The notes: a model not told the origin generated them from the sequence alone. A stretch of 64,000 nt of DNA from Acidimicrobiales bacterium (GCA_040219085.1 JAVJTC010000020.1:208317-272316); one strand, 5' to 3'. Shown: positions 20,845 to 29,543, counted from the stretch's first letter. A program made the numbers and translations.

Positions 20845-22932
20845 TCAGATGTCGTCTGTGAGCCAACGAACGGTCAGGTGTGGCATCTCGACCGTCGGTC
20901 GTCCGAGCGACCAGCGGTGGCCGGAGAGGATGTCCACGATCCGCTCGGCGTGGTCGGCGCCGGGGTCACGGGAGACGGCCTCGTGGAGGACCGCTCCGTC
21001 CAACCGGAGGTCGAACTCCGAGAGGTTCGCCAGCCCGACGAGGCAACCGTGGCGGGGGTGGTCTCGCACCCATGCGAGAACCCGGGTCTCCACGTCGCCG
21101 CCGGGGGCATGGACGAGGCGCGCGGTCGTCGTCCCTCCGCCGGAGAGGCCGGGTGTCTCACGTCGTGCGGCGGCGAGCGCCCGTAGCGAGCCCAGGACCC
21201 GTCCCGGGATGCTCTCGGGATCCGACTCGGCGGCGGCCGCCGCGGTCCAGTCGAGGCGCGGTCGGTGCATCCAGCGGTTGTCGTCACTGCGTCCGGGGGA
21301 CTTCTCCCAGTCGTGCATGTTGAGCGACGCGATCTCATCGCCCGACCACAGCAGCGGGACGCCGCCCCAGCCATAGGTGACGGCGTGGAGCAGGATGAGG
21401 CGGCGGACGCCGTGGTCGAGGAACCGCTGTGCCGTCGTCGTCTCGCGTGTCGTCGTGGCCGATGCCAACAGGTCCAGGGCCTGTTCGATGCCGCACAGCG
21501 CCGCCGCGCTTCCCGAGGTGCGGGAGTCGCCGGTGACCGGGTTGTGCTGGAAGCGCGCACCGAGCCCGAAGCTGCCCCGGAACTCGCCGGCGTAGAACTC
21601 GTTGAGGAAGTCACGGTGGGCGGCAGCGTCGACGCCGACCGATGCTGCGTCGGCATCGCTCACGGCCCAGCCGATGTCGTCGTGGCACCGCACGTAGGTG
21701 GCCCAGGTCGTGGTGGGGGGCGGAGGCGACATCCGGGAGAGCGCCGCGTGTGCCAGGCGCGCATCACGGGTCGCGACCGAGGACCACAACATCACCATCA
21801 GCTGGTTGTTGTAGGCCATGTCGCATTCGGGTCGCCGATGTCCCTCGTGGGCCCCGAGGTACCGGACGAGTTCGTCGGGGGGCACGATGGCCTCCGCCTT
21901 GGTGATGACGGCCGGCGCGGCGATGGCGAGCACCGCGCGGTATGCCTGGAGGAGGTCGTGGACCGGGGGGAGGTTCTGACAGCCGGTGCCGATCTCCTTC
22001 CACATGAAGGGGACCGCATCGAGGCGGAGCACCTCGACACCGCGGTTGGCGAGCATCGTCATGACCGTGGCGAGTTCGACGAACACGTCGGGGTTCGAGT
22101 GGTCGAGGTCCCACTGGAAGTCGTGGAAAGTGGTCCAGACCCAGGCGCCGGCCTCGTCGGACCATGTGAAGTTCCCCGGAGCGTTGTCAGGGAAGACGTC
22201 GACCAGGGTCTCGGAGTAGAGGTCGGGAAGGGTGCGGTCCTCGAAGAAGAGGTAGAAGTCCCGGTAGTGGGGATCGCCTGCGGCGGCCGCCCGTGCCCAC
22301 GGATGTTCCCGGGCCGTGTGGTTGACGACGAGGTCGATACACAGGCTCATGTGGCGGTCACGCATCGCCCCGGCGAGCTTCTCGAGGTCCTCCATCGTTC
22401 CGAGCCTCGGGTCGATCCGCTCGTAGTCCGCAACCGCGTATCCGCCGTCGTCGTCGCCGGGCCTGGGTTCGAGCACGGGGAGCAGGTGCAGGTAGGTGAC
22501 GCCGAGTGACTCCAGGTGGTCGAGTTGGCCCGCGACCTCCTCGAGGGTTCCAGCGAAGCGGTCGGCGTACGCGGCGTAACCGACCATCGTGTTGTCGGCG
22601 AACCACCCGGGAGCGATTTCGCGGCGCCGGTCCAGTCGTCGCAGAGCGACCGGACGTTCCGACGCTGCCTCGACGATCACCCCGGCGATGCTCGTAACCA
22701 CCTCGGTGAGGTCGGCACGCGTCGCGAAGAGACGTTCGAGAGGCTCGAAGAGGTCAGGCCAGTGGGTCTCGAATCTGGCGATGAGAGCGTCGATCTCGTC
22801 GCTCTCCATCGTGGTCATGGCGTCACGGCGGATGCCCGGAACGAGCGCCGACAGGGCCTCGGCGGCTCGTCGACGCCGTTCTGTGGCCATCGTGGGTGCG
22901 GGAGAGACGTTCTGCGACATGACGTCGGGCAT
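20845..22932 (-). CDS. GH13 alpha-amylase-family enzyme, amylosucrase-like
   Basis: GH13 conserved regions: GGYAVADYERIDPRLGT, DLVVNHTA, EVLRLDAVPFMWK, KAEAIVPP, YVRCHDDIGW. The amylosucrase-type N-domain (IARFETHWPDLFEPLERLF) is present. ATG 22932 or 22920; the ORF extension to 23724 is rejected. Confidence 0.85.
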   Translation of the reverse strand: MPDVMSQNVSPAPTMATERRRRAAEALSALVPGIRRDAMTTMESDEIDALIARFETHWPDLFEPLERLFATRADLTEVVTSIAGVIVEAASERPVALRRLDRRREIAPGWFADNTMVGYAAYADRFAGTLEEVAGQLDHLESLGVTYLHLLPVLEPRPGDDDGGYAVADYERIDPRLGTMEDLEKLAGAMRDRHMSLCIDLVVNHTAREHPWARAAAAGDPHYRDFYLFFEDRTLPDLYSETLVDVFPDNAPGNFTWSDEAGAWVWTTFHDFQWDLDHSNPDVFVELATVMTMLANRGVEVLRLDAVPFMWKEIGTGCQNLPPVHDLLQAYRAVLAIAAPAVITKAEAIVPPDELVRYLGAHEGHRRPECDMAYNNQLMVMLWSSVATRDARLAHAALSRMSPPPPTTTWATYVRCHDDIGWAVSDADAASVGVDAAAHRDFLNEFYAGEFRGSFGLGARFQHNPVTGDSRTSGSAAALCGIEQALDLLASATTTRETTTAQRFLDHGVRRLILLHAVTYGWGGVPLLWSGDEIASLNMHDWEKSPGRSDDNRWMHRPRLDWTAAAAAESDPESIPGRVLGSLRALAAARRETPGLSGGGTTTARLVHAPGGDVETRVLAWVRDHPRHGCLVGLANLSEFDLRLDGAVLHEAVSRDPGADHAERIVDILSGHRWSLGRPTVEMPHLTVRWLTDDI

Positions 22933-23034
22933 GGTACCGGGCGGCCCCCGACAGCCCGGATCCGGCCTGTACCGGCAGGCTATGCGGAGCAATGAACTAC
23001 CATTGTCACCATCGAGAGGCGCGACGATGATGAC

Positions 23035-24981
23035 GTGCGCCGGGTCCGGACGGGGATCAGACGACTCGCAGGACGTACGGCGGCGATCTATCTGGTAGTC
23101 GGCTGCGCCTGGATCCTCGGATCGGATCTGTTCGTCCTCCTGACGACGGACGCCGACCGCGGCGACTTCGTCGTCAACTCCCTCAAGGGGCTCGGCTTCG
23201 TCTTCTTCACAGCGGCTGTCCTGCTCCTGGTCCTGCGTGGCTGGTCCCACAGGGTCTCGGAGGCATGGGATGCCGCCCTGGGTGAGCGTCGGCGGTTCCG
23301 TGCGCTCGTGAGCGGTTCGAGCGACGTGGTGCTGGTCCTCGCCGACGACGGTGTGATCAGCTACGCCAGTCCTGCCGTCACCTCGGTCCTCGGATGGGCG
23401 AGCGATGAGATAGTCGGCCAGCCGATAGCGGAACTCCTCCATCCTGACGACGTGCACTCCGCGTTCGGGTTCTGGGAGTCGGTCAGGTCCGGGAGCGCCT
23501 CGTCGGACCGCTTCCGCTCCCGCTTCTGCACCTCGACGGGTCGCTTCCGCCACATGGAAATGGCGGCGGCCGACATGCGCGCCGAGGCGTCGGTGGGTGG
23601 CATCGTCCTCAATGCCCGGGACGTCTCGCCCCGGGTCGAGGCCGAGCAGCGTCTCGAAGACGCCCTCCACTACGACTTCGTGACCGGGCTGGCGAACCGG
23701 GGCCGTTTCCTGGAGGAACTCCACGGAGCGTCCCGGGTGGTCCGGGAAAGCGATTCCCTCGCGCTCCTCGTCGTAGACCTCGATCGTTTCGTCGAGATCA
23801 ACGAGGAGGTGGGGCGCACCAACGGTGACGCGGTGCTCATGGAGGTCGGCCGACGTCTGGGTGAGGCGACTGACCCCGTGGCACTCGGACGAATCGGCGG
23901 CGACGAGTTCGGGTTGGCCGTCCCGCTCGACGCCTCCGCTGGTGGCGATCTCCGAGCCGAGGCCATGCGGTGCGCATCCCGGGTGGCCGAGGCGATCGCC
24001 GAGCCACTCGAGATCGGCGGCGTCCGTCTCCGACTCTCAACGTCGATCGGCGTCGCGCTGATCGGCGCTCACGGCGACCCGGACGCCGCTCTCGCTGCGG
24101 CAGAGGCGAGCTTGCATTCGGCCCGGACCCACCCCGAGCGCATCGCAGTGGCAGCTGAGGGAAAGCACCGCGTTGGTAAGGCCAGGGCGTCGACCATCGT
24201 CTCGGAGCTCCGGGACGCCATCGAGCGTGGAGAACTCGAGGTCCACTACCAGCCCCAGTGCGCGTTGGACTCGGGCGCAGTCGTGGGTGCGGAGGCACTG
24301 GTGCGGTGGCCCCACCCCACGCGGGGGATGCTCACGCCGGGAGCGTTCCTGCCCTTCGCCGAGGCGCACGGCCTTCAGGGCGCAATCACCCGAGTGTGCC
24401 TCGACGACGCGGCGCGCCGATGCGTCGAATGGAACGGGGACGGCCACCCGATGAAGGTGTCGGTGAACCTGTCGCTGTCGGACTTCCGCCGAGATTCGAT
24501 CGTCGACGAGGTCCTCGCCGCGCTGGAGCGCCACGGCGCCTCTGCGGAACTGTTCGGCCTCGAGCTCACCGAGCACACGCTTCTGGCCGAGCCCGATGTC
24601 TCGCTGGGCGCCATGAGGCGGTTGCGGGATGCCGGTCTGCATCTCAGCATCGACGACTTCGGGACGGGGTATTCGTCGATCGCCCACCTGCGGATGCTGC
24701 CCGTCGACGAGATGAAGATCGACCGATCGTTCGTCGCCGCGGTCACCAAGAACGAGGTGGATCAGGCGATCGTCTCGGCACTGATCGGCCTGGGTCATCG
24801 TCTGGGGTTGTCGATCGTCGCCGAGGGAATCGAGGATCCAGTCGTTGTCCAGCGGTTGCGAAAAGAGGGATGCGACGTCGGTCAGGGTTTCCTGTTCGGT
24901 CGTCCGACGCTCCCGGGCGACTTCACTCGTGAAGCGTTCGGCCGATGGGTTCCCGAATCGGCGGCTTCCAGTCTCAACTGA
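23035..24981 (+). CDS. Membrane-anchored PAS-GGDEF-EAL c-di-GMP turnover protein
   Basis: Two N-terminal TM helices and a PAS-like segment. Motifs RIGGDEFGLAV, GAEALVRWPHP, DDFGTGYSS. Confidence 0.9.
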   Translation: MRRVRTGIRRLAGRTAAIYLVVGCAWILGSDLFVLLTTDADRGDFVVNSLKGLGFVFFTAAVLLLVLRGWSHRVSEAWDAALGERRRFRALVSGSSDVVLVLADDGVISYASPAVTSVLGWASDEIVGQPIAELLHPDDVHSAFGFWESVRSGSASSDRFRSRFCTSTGRFRHMEMAAADMRAEASVGGIVLNARDVSPRVEAEQRLEDALHYDFVTGLANRGRFLEELHGASRVVRESDSLALLVVDLDRFVEINEEVGRTNGDAVLMEVGRRLGEATDPVALGRIGGDEFGLAVPLDASAGGDLRAEAMRCASRVAEAIAEPLEIGGVRLRLSTSIGVALIGAHGDPDAALAAAEASLHSARTHPERIAVAAEGKHRVGKARASTIVSELRDAIERGELEVHYQPQCALDSGAVVGAEALVRWPHPTRGMLTPGAFLPFAEAHGLQGAITRVCLDDAARRCVEWNGDGHPMKVSVNLSLSDFRRDSIVDEVLAALERHGASAELFGLELTEHTLLAEPDVSLGAMRRLRDAGLHLSIDDFGTGYSSIAHLRMLPVDEMKIDRSFVAAVTKNEVDQAIVSALIGLGHRLGLSIVAEGIEDPVVVQRLRKEGCDVGQGFLFGRPTLPGDFTREAFGRWVPESAASSLN

Positions 24982-25009
24982 TCCGCCTCGTCAACGGAGG
25001 TCAGCGCAC

Positions 25010-25504
25010 ATGTCGTCTCTTTCCCGTCGCATCCCGGTCTGGGTTCTCGCAGTTCTTGCAGTCACGCTGATCGCGACCGGCTGTTCCGACGACGACACGT
25101 CTGACGACACGGCTGCTGCGCCGGTCCTGGCGGATGTCGATGCGACGGGGCGGGAGCTCGCTACGGAATTCCTGACGATCCTGCAGGGTGGCGACACCGA
25201 CGTCCTCGGCGACTTCCTCGCCGACGGGTTCCAGATCCAACGGGCCGACGGTTCGGGGGCGACGAAGGCGGAGTACCTCGAGAATCCGGCCGAGGTGGGC
25301 GACTTCACGCTCGGTGACTCGGTCACGGCAGTGCAACAGGGCGACGTCCTCACGGTGCGGTGGACGCTCGAGGTGTCCGAGGCGATCGACGGAACCGACT
25401 TCTCGGGGAATGAGGCCCCCCGCCTCTCGACCTTCGTCTACGTGGACGGACGCTGGCGGCTGCTCTCGCACGCGAACTTCAACCTGCCCGCTGCCGACAG
25501 CTGA
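25010..25504 (+). CDS. Lipoprotein with NTF2-like (DUF4440/SnoaL-like) domain
   Basis: GGAGG RBS 10 nt upstream of the ATG. Lipobox LIATGC. C-terminal ..FVYVDGRWRLLSHANF typical of the NTF2-like fold. Confidence 0.7.
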   Translation: MSSLSRRIPVWVLAVLAVTLIATGCSDDDTSDDTAAAPVLADVDATGRELATEFLTILQGGDTDVLGDFLADGFQIQRADGSGATKAEYLENPAEVGDFTLGDSVTAVQQGDVLTVRWTLEVSEAIDGTDFSGNEAPRLSTFVYVDGRWRLLSHANFNLPAADS

Positions 25505-25542
25505 CCGGGCCTGACGCGCCTGGCGGGCATGCGCCTGTCGAC

Positions 25543-25574
25543 GTCGTCTGTGTGCGCGGTCGTCTGTGTGCGCG
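25543..25574. repeat. Perfect 16-bp tandem duplication (GTCGTCTGTGTGCGCG x2)
   Basis: Read directly in the non-coding flank between the lipoprotein gene and the ssrA 3' end. Confidence 0.9.
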
Positions 25575-25607
25575 GCGTGGGTTGCGGCCAAGTCGGATCG
25601 CGACAAT

Positions 25608-25663
25608 GTCATAGCGAATTGCGGCGCCACGCTGCGCGCGATGGGCGTCCGATTCGCTACTAC
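25608..25663. repeat. Copy 1 of a ~56-bp inverted-repeat element (GTCATAGCGAATT ... GATTCGCTACTAC)
   Basis: The 13-mer GTCATAGCGAATT is identical to the one at 47365-47377. The partner arm has 2 mismatches and the spacer is 30 nt. Confidence 0.7.
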
Positions 25664-25757
25664 ACCGCTCGTTGTGACCCGCCCGGGACCGGCCCAAGCG
25701 AACGACGCGATCTCCGGGCGATGTAGGGCCTGATGTCGAGCGGGTGACCTCATCGAA

Positions 25758-25794
25758 AACGCAGTCTGACCTGGGCAGACGCGCCCAGGTCAGA
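25758..25794 (-). terminator. Intrinsic terminator of ssrA
   Basis: Perfect 12-bp stem TCTGACCTGGGC/GCCCAGGTCAGA with a 6-nt loop, starting 4 nt after the tmRNA 3' end. On the transcribed strand it is followed by ..GCGTTTTCG. Confidence 0.65.
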
Positions 25795-25797
25795 AAG

Positions 25798-26184
25798 TGG
25801 AGCTGGGGGGAATCGAACCCCCGTCCGTCGTGCGTTCACCACCTGCGATACGACCATTCCCGGACTACGGCGTTTCGGCTGCCGTGTCGCCGGGTCGATT
25901 CCCCCGAAGGGGTCCGCCGGCTCTTTCTCCGGTCGTCAGCGGTCTTTCTCGCCGTCAGCGGTCTTTCCCTGCCGTCCTCCTCCGCTTCTGTTGCCAGGCT
26001 GCGGTGGAATGGCCCCGCGTGCCCCCTAGGGGGTCGCGATGTGCTCTCTTACCTGATCAGTCGATCAAGCTGCGAGAGCGACACGATCATCGCTGCCGTG
26101 TCTTCGTGTGCCCCGTTTAAGGAGTCTGAGCAACTCCGGTCGCACAGTGAGGATCCGGTCCCGACGTCGAAACCGATCAGCCCC
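25798..26184 (-). ncRNA. ssrA: tmRNA (transfer-messenger RNA)
   Basis: The minus strand starts GGGGCTGATCGGTTTCGACG and ends GGACGGGGGTTCGATTCCCCCCAGCTCCA (tRNA-Ala-like T-arm and acceptor). Internal tag frame: ..CAC GGC AGC GAT GAT CGT GTC GCT CTC GCA GCT TGA = ..HGSDDRVALAA*, with the stop at 26065-26067. smpB is 1.3 kb away. Confidence 0.95.
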
Positions 26185-26334
26185 GTGTTGTGCGCGTGAT
26201 GCGCTTGTCAATGTTCGTGGCTTACCGAACGGATCGGAGGCCGCTTCTGTTCCCACTGTACGGCCCCGGCGTGACATGTCCGGCCGACCCGTCGATCAGG
26301 GGCGTCACGGCGGGCGGCTCCGTAGACTGACCGG

Positions 26335-27507
26335 ATGGAGATGCAGACAGCAGTCATCATCGACGCCGTGCGGACGCCGGGGGGCAAGCGCAACGGCTCC
26401 CTCAGGGACTGGCACCCCGTCGACCTCGCCGCCCACGTCCTCAAGGCCCTCGCCGAGCGCAGCGACCTCGACCCCGTCACCGTGGACGACGTGATCACGG
26501 GCTGTGTCATGCAGGTGGCCGAGCACTCCCTCAACATCGGCCGCAACGCCGTTCTCGCGGCCGGCTGGCCCGAGTCGGTCCCGGCGACCACCGTGGACCG
26601 CCAGTGCGGTAGCTCCCAGCAGTCGATGCACTTCGGCGCCCAGGGTGTGATGGCGGGTGCCTACGACATCGTCGTCGCCGCAGGTGTCGAGTCCATGACC
26701 CGCGTGCCGATGGGATCGTCGATCGTGTCGGGGATGGGGTTCCCGTTCCCGCCGTCGATGCTCGAGGACCGCTACGCAGAGTCCGGACTGCCGCCCCAGG
26801 GCATCGGGGCGGAGATGATCGCCGAGAAGTGGGGATTCTCACGGACCGATCTCGACGAGTTCGCCGCGCGCTCCCAGCGCCTCGCCCTCCAGGCCACCGA
26901 AGAGGGGCGGTTCGAGAACGAGATCATCGCGGTGCCGGTGGAGCTCGACGGTGAGAAGTCGATGCTCACGCGCGACGAGGGCATCCGGCCGGGCACCACC
27001 GTCGAGACGCTCGCCAACCTCAAGCCCGCGTTCAAGGAGGATGGCGTGATGACGGCGGGCAACTCGTCGCAGATCACCGATGGCGCGGCAGCGGTCCTGA
27101 TCATGTCCGAGGCCAAGGCCGCGGCGCTGGGCCTGAAGCCCCGTGCCCGTTTCCACTCGTTCGCCGTCGTCGGCGCGGATCCGGTCACCATGCTCACCGG
27201 CCCCATCCCCGCCACCGCCAAGGTTCTCGAGCGTGCCGGGATGACCATCGACGACATCGATCTGTTCGAGGTGAACGAGGCGTTCGCCTCGGTCGTGCTC
27301 GCATGGCACGCCGAGACCGGCGCCGACATGGACAAGGTCAACGTCAATGGCGGGGCCATCGCGCTGGGTCACCCGCTGGGCGCCTCCGGTGCCCGCCTGG
27401 CCACGACGCTGCTCAACGAACTCGAGCGCACGGACGCCACCCTCGGCCTGCAGGTCATGTGTGAAGGCGGCGGGCTGGCGAACGCGACGATCATCGAACG
27501 GATCTGA
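26335..27507 (+). CDS. Acetyl-CoA C-acyltransferase (thiolase)
   Basis: VIIDAVRTPGGK, active-site VDRQCGSSQQ, NVNGGAIALGHPLGASGARL, CEGGGLANA. 390 aa. Confidence 0.92.
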   Translation: MEMQTAVIIDAVRTPGGKRNGSLRDWHPVDLAAHVLKALAERSDLDPVTVDDVITGCVMQVAEHSLNIGRNAVLAAGWPESVPATTVDRQCGSSQQSMHFGAQGVMAGAYDIVVAAGVESMTRVPMGSSIVSGMGFPFPPSMLEDRYAESGLPPQGIGAEMIAEKWGFSRTDLDEFAARSQRLALQATEEGRFENEIIAVPVELDGEKSMLTRDEGIRPGTTVETLANLKPAFKEDGVMTAGNSSQITDGAAAVLIMSEAKAAALGLKPRARFHSFAVVGADPVTMLTGPIPATAKVLERAGMTIDDIDLFEVNEAFASVVLAWHAETGADMDKVNVNGGAIALGHPLGASGARLATTLLNELERTDATLGLQVMCEGGGLANATIIERI

Positions 27508-27509
27508 CT

Positions 27510-28010
27510 CTAGCGACCCTTCAGCGAATCGGAGAGGGCGCGGCGGGCCTCACGGTCCGCGTCACGCTTGGCGATGTCGGCGCGCTTGTCGGCCTTGTGC
27601 TTGCGCCGGGCCAGTCCCATCTCGATCTTCGCCCGTCCGTTGACGAAGTACAGCGCCAGGGGAACGAGAGTGAGTGGTTCACGGTCGAGACGATCCGCGA
27701 TCTCGTCGATCTCGCGGCGGTGCAACAACAGCTTGCGGGGGCGGTCGGGATCGTGGGCGAAAGCGTCCGACGCGTGCGAGTACGGCGTGATGTACAGCGA
27801 GTGCAGCCACGCCTCGTGGTTCTGCACCCGGGCGTAGGCCTCGGCGATCTGCACCGTGGATTCCCGCAGCGCCTTGACCTCCGAGCCGCGCAGGACCAGT
27901 CCGCATTCCCACGTGTCGAGGATCTCGAAGTCGTGGCGCGCCCGGCGGTTGGTCGCGATGATCTTCTGGTTCGGGTCCCTGGAGGAGCCCTTCTTCGCCG
28001 ATCGGGCCAT
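27510..28010 (-). CDS. smpB: SsrA-binding protein SmpB
   Basis: NRRARHDFEILDTWECGLVLRGSEVKALR ... LVPLALYFVNGRAKIEMGLARRKH. 166 aa. Confidence 0.96.
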   Translation of the reverse strand: MARSAKKGSSRDPNQKIIATNRRARHDFEILDTWECGLVLRGSEVKALRESTVQIAEAYARVQNHEAWLHSLYITPYSHASDAFAHDPDRPRKLLLHRREIDEIADRLDREPLTLVPLALYFVNGRAKIEMGLARRKHKADKRADIAKRDADREARRALSDSLKGR

Positions 28011-28033
28011 CGGGTCACGGTAGCCTTCGGGCC

Positions 28034-28447
28034 GTGCTGCGCCTCGCCCCCGACGTCCACACGGCCATGGTCGCCCATGCGATCTCCGGCCTGCCCAACG
28101 AGGCGTGCGGCCTGTTCTGCGGACCCCCGGGCGCAGACCTCGTCAGCGAGTTCCACCCGATGACCAACACGGCTGCGTCGAGCCAGATCTACCGGCTGGA
28201 CGGGGCCGAGATGATGGCCGTCGAGCGGGCGGCCGACGACGCCGGGCTGCAGATCCTCGGCGTCATGCACTCCCACACCCATACGAGTGCCTACCCTTCG
28301 CCGACCGATGTTGCCGATGCCGGGCGTTTCGACCCGTTCGGCGGATTCCACTACGTGATCGTGTCGTTGCGGCATCCGGAACCGGTTCTGCGGTCGTATC
28401 GGATAGTGGACGGCGAGATTACCGAGGAACCGGTCGAGTTGTCCTGA
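28034..28447 (+). CDS. mec: JAMM/MPN+ metalloprotease (Mec-like)
   Basis: NEACGLFCG (conserved Glu) and exact JAMM motif HSH-x7-S-x2-D (HSHTHTSAYPSPTD). 137 aa. Directly upstream of cysM. Confidence 0.88.
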   Translation: MLRLAPDVHTAMVAHAISGLPNEACGLFCGPPGADLVSEFHPMTNTAASSQIYRLDGAEMMAVERAADDAGLQILGVMHSHTHTSAYPSPTDVADAGRFDPFGGFHYVIVSLRHPEPVLRSYRIVDGEITEEPVELS

Positions 28448-28529
28448 GGTCCAGCACCGATCTGCCGCAGCCCTGCCGGGCACGGTTAGAATTCCTACCG
28501 ATCCGGTCGACTATTCGAATGGGTTTCTG

Positions 28530-29480
28530 ATGGCCGTATACGACTCAGTGCTCGATCTCATCGGCGAGACGCCGATGGTCGACGTTTCCGAGTTGAGCCC
28601 GAACCCCAAGGTCCGCATCATCGCCAAGCTGGAGGGGCAGAACCCCGCCGGGTCGGTGAAGGACCGCATCGCCTACGCCATGATCCGCGAGGCCGAGGCC
28701 GACGGCACCCTCACCCCGGGCCGCACGATCATCGAGCCGTCCTCGGGGAACACGGGGATCGCTCTCGCACTCATCGCGAAGATCCGTGGCTATCCCATCA
28801 AGATCGTCCTGCCCGAGAACGTCTCGATCGAACGGCGTCAGCTTCTCGAGGTCTACGGCGCCGAGATCATCCTGTCGCCGGGCTCGGAGGGCTCCAACGG
28901 CGCCGTCCGTCGGGCGCAGGCCCTCGCGGAGGAGCATCCCGAGTGGGCGTTCCTCTACCAGTACGGCAACGAGGCCAACCCCCGGGCGCACTACGAGACG
29001 ACTGGCCCCGAGATCCTGCGGGACGTCCCCGACATCACGCACTTCGTCGCCGGCCTCGGTACGTCGGGCACGCTCATGGGCGTCGGGTCGTTCCTCAAGG
29101 AGCGTCGCCCCGACGTCCAGATCCTCGCCGTGGAACCGCCGGCAGGGGAGCAGGTCGAAGGTCTGCGGAGCCTCGACGACGGCTACATCCCCCCGGTCTT
29201 CGAGAAGTGGGGCGGCTACGAACTGCTCGACGGCAAACGGATCGTGCGTCCCCGTGAGTCCCTCGAGTGGACGCGGCGCCTCGCGGACGAGTGCGGCCTG
29301 TTCGTCGGGATCTCCAGCGGCGCCGGCATGGCCGGGGCCGCGAGGGTTGCCGAGCGGATCGACGCGGGCGTCGTGGTGTTCATCGCCTGCGACGGCGGAT
29401 GGAAATACCTCTCCACCGGCGCCTGGACCGACCCTCTCGACGAGGTCGTGTCGCGTGCCGAGAAGATAATTTACTTCTAG
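28530..29480 (+). CDS. cysM: PLP-dependent cysteine synthase (CysM/CysK family)
   Basis: PLP lysine loop NPAGSVKDRIA and SSGNTGIALA. 316 aa. Confidence 0.9.
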   Translation: MAVYDSVLDLIGETPMVDVSELSPNPKVRIIAKLEGQNPAGSVKDRIAYAMIREAEADGTLTPGRTIIEPSSGNTGIALALIAKIRGYPIKIVLPENVSIERRQLLEVYGAEIILSPGSEGSNGAVRRAQALAEEHPEWAFLYQYGNEANPRAHYETTGPEILRDVPDITHFVAGLGTSGTLMGVGSFLKERRPDVQILAVEPPAGEQVEGLRSLDDGYIPPVFEKWGGYELLDGKRIVRPRESLEWTRRLADECGLFVGISSGAGMAGAARVAERIDAGVVVFIACDGGWKYLSTGAWTDPLDEVVSRAEKIIYF

Positions 29481-29543
29481 CTCCGCCCACGGCTCCCTCT
29501 TCGAGCGCGGCGTCCCACTGCGAGCCATCGTTCCCCGGACGCG

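Noticed and set aside
22933-23724. N-terminal 264-aa extension of the amylosucrase-like ORF (listed as 959 aa).
   Set aside because: The extension overlaps the credible GGDEF-EAL gene on the other strand and has a low-complexity Arg/Glu/Asp composition. The GH13 homology begins only after the Met at 22932/22920.
25744-26199. ORFs of 151 aa and 107 aa (25797-26120) on the + strand.
   Set aside because: They lie entirely antisense to the tmRNA gene, whose identity is secure.
26185-26240. TTGACA hexamer (minus strand, 26207-26212) as the ssrA promoter -35 element.
   Set aside because: No acceptable -10 hexamer follows at 16-18 nt. In addition, tmRNA is processed from a precursor, so the 5' end does not mark the TSS. 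The hexamer cannot be supported.
28448-28529. Possible hidden cysO (ThiS-like) gene between mec and cysM.
   Set aside because: Only 82 bp are available, which is too short for a ~90-aa carrier, and no frame ends in Gly-Gly.
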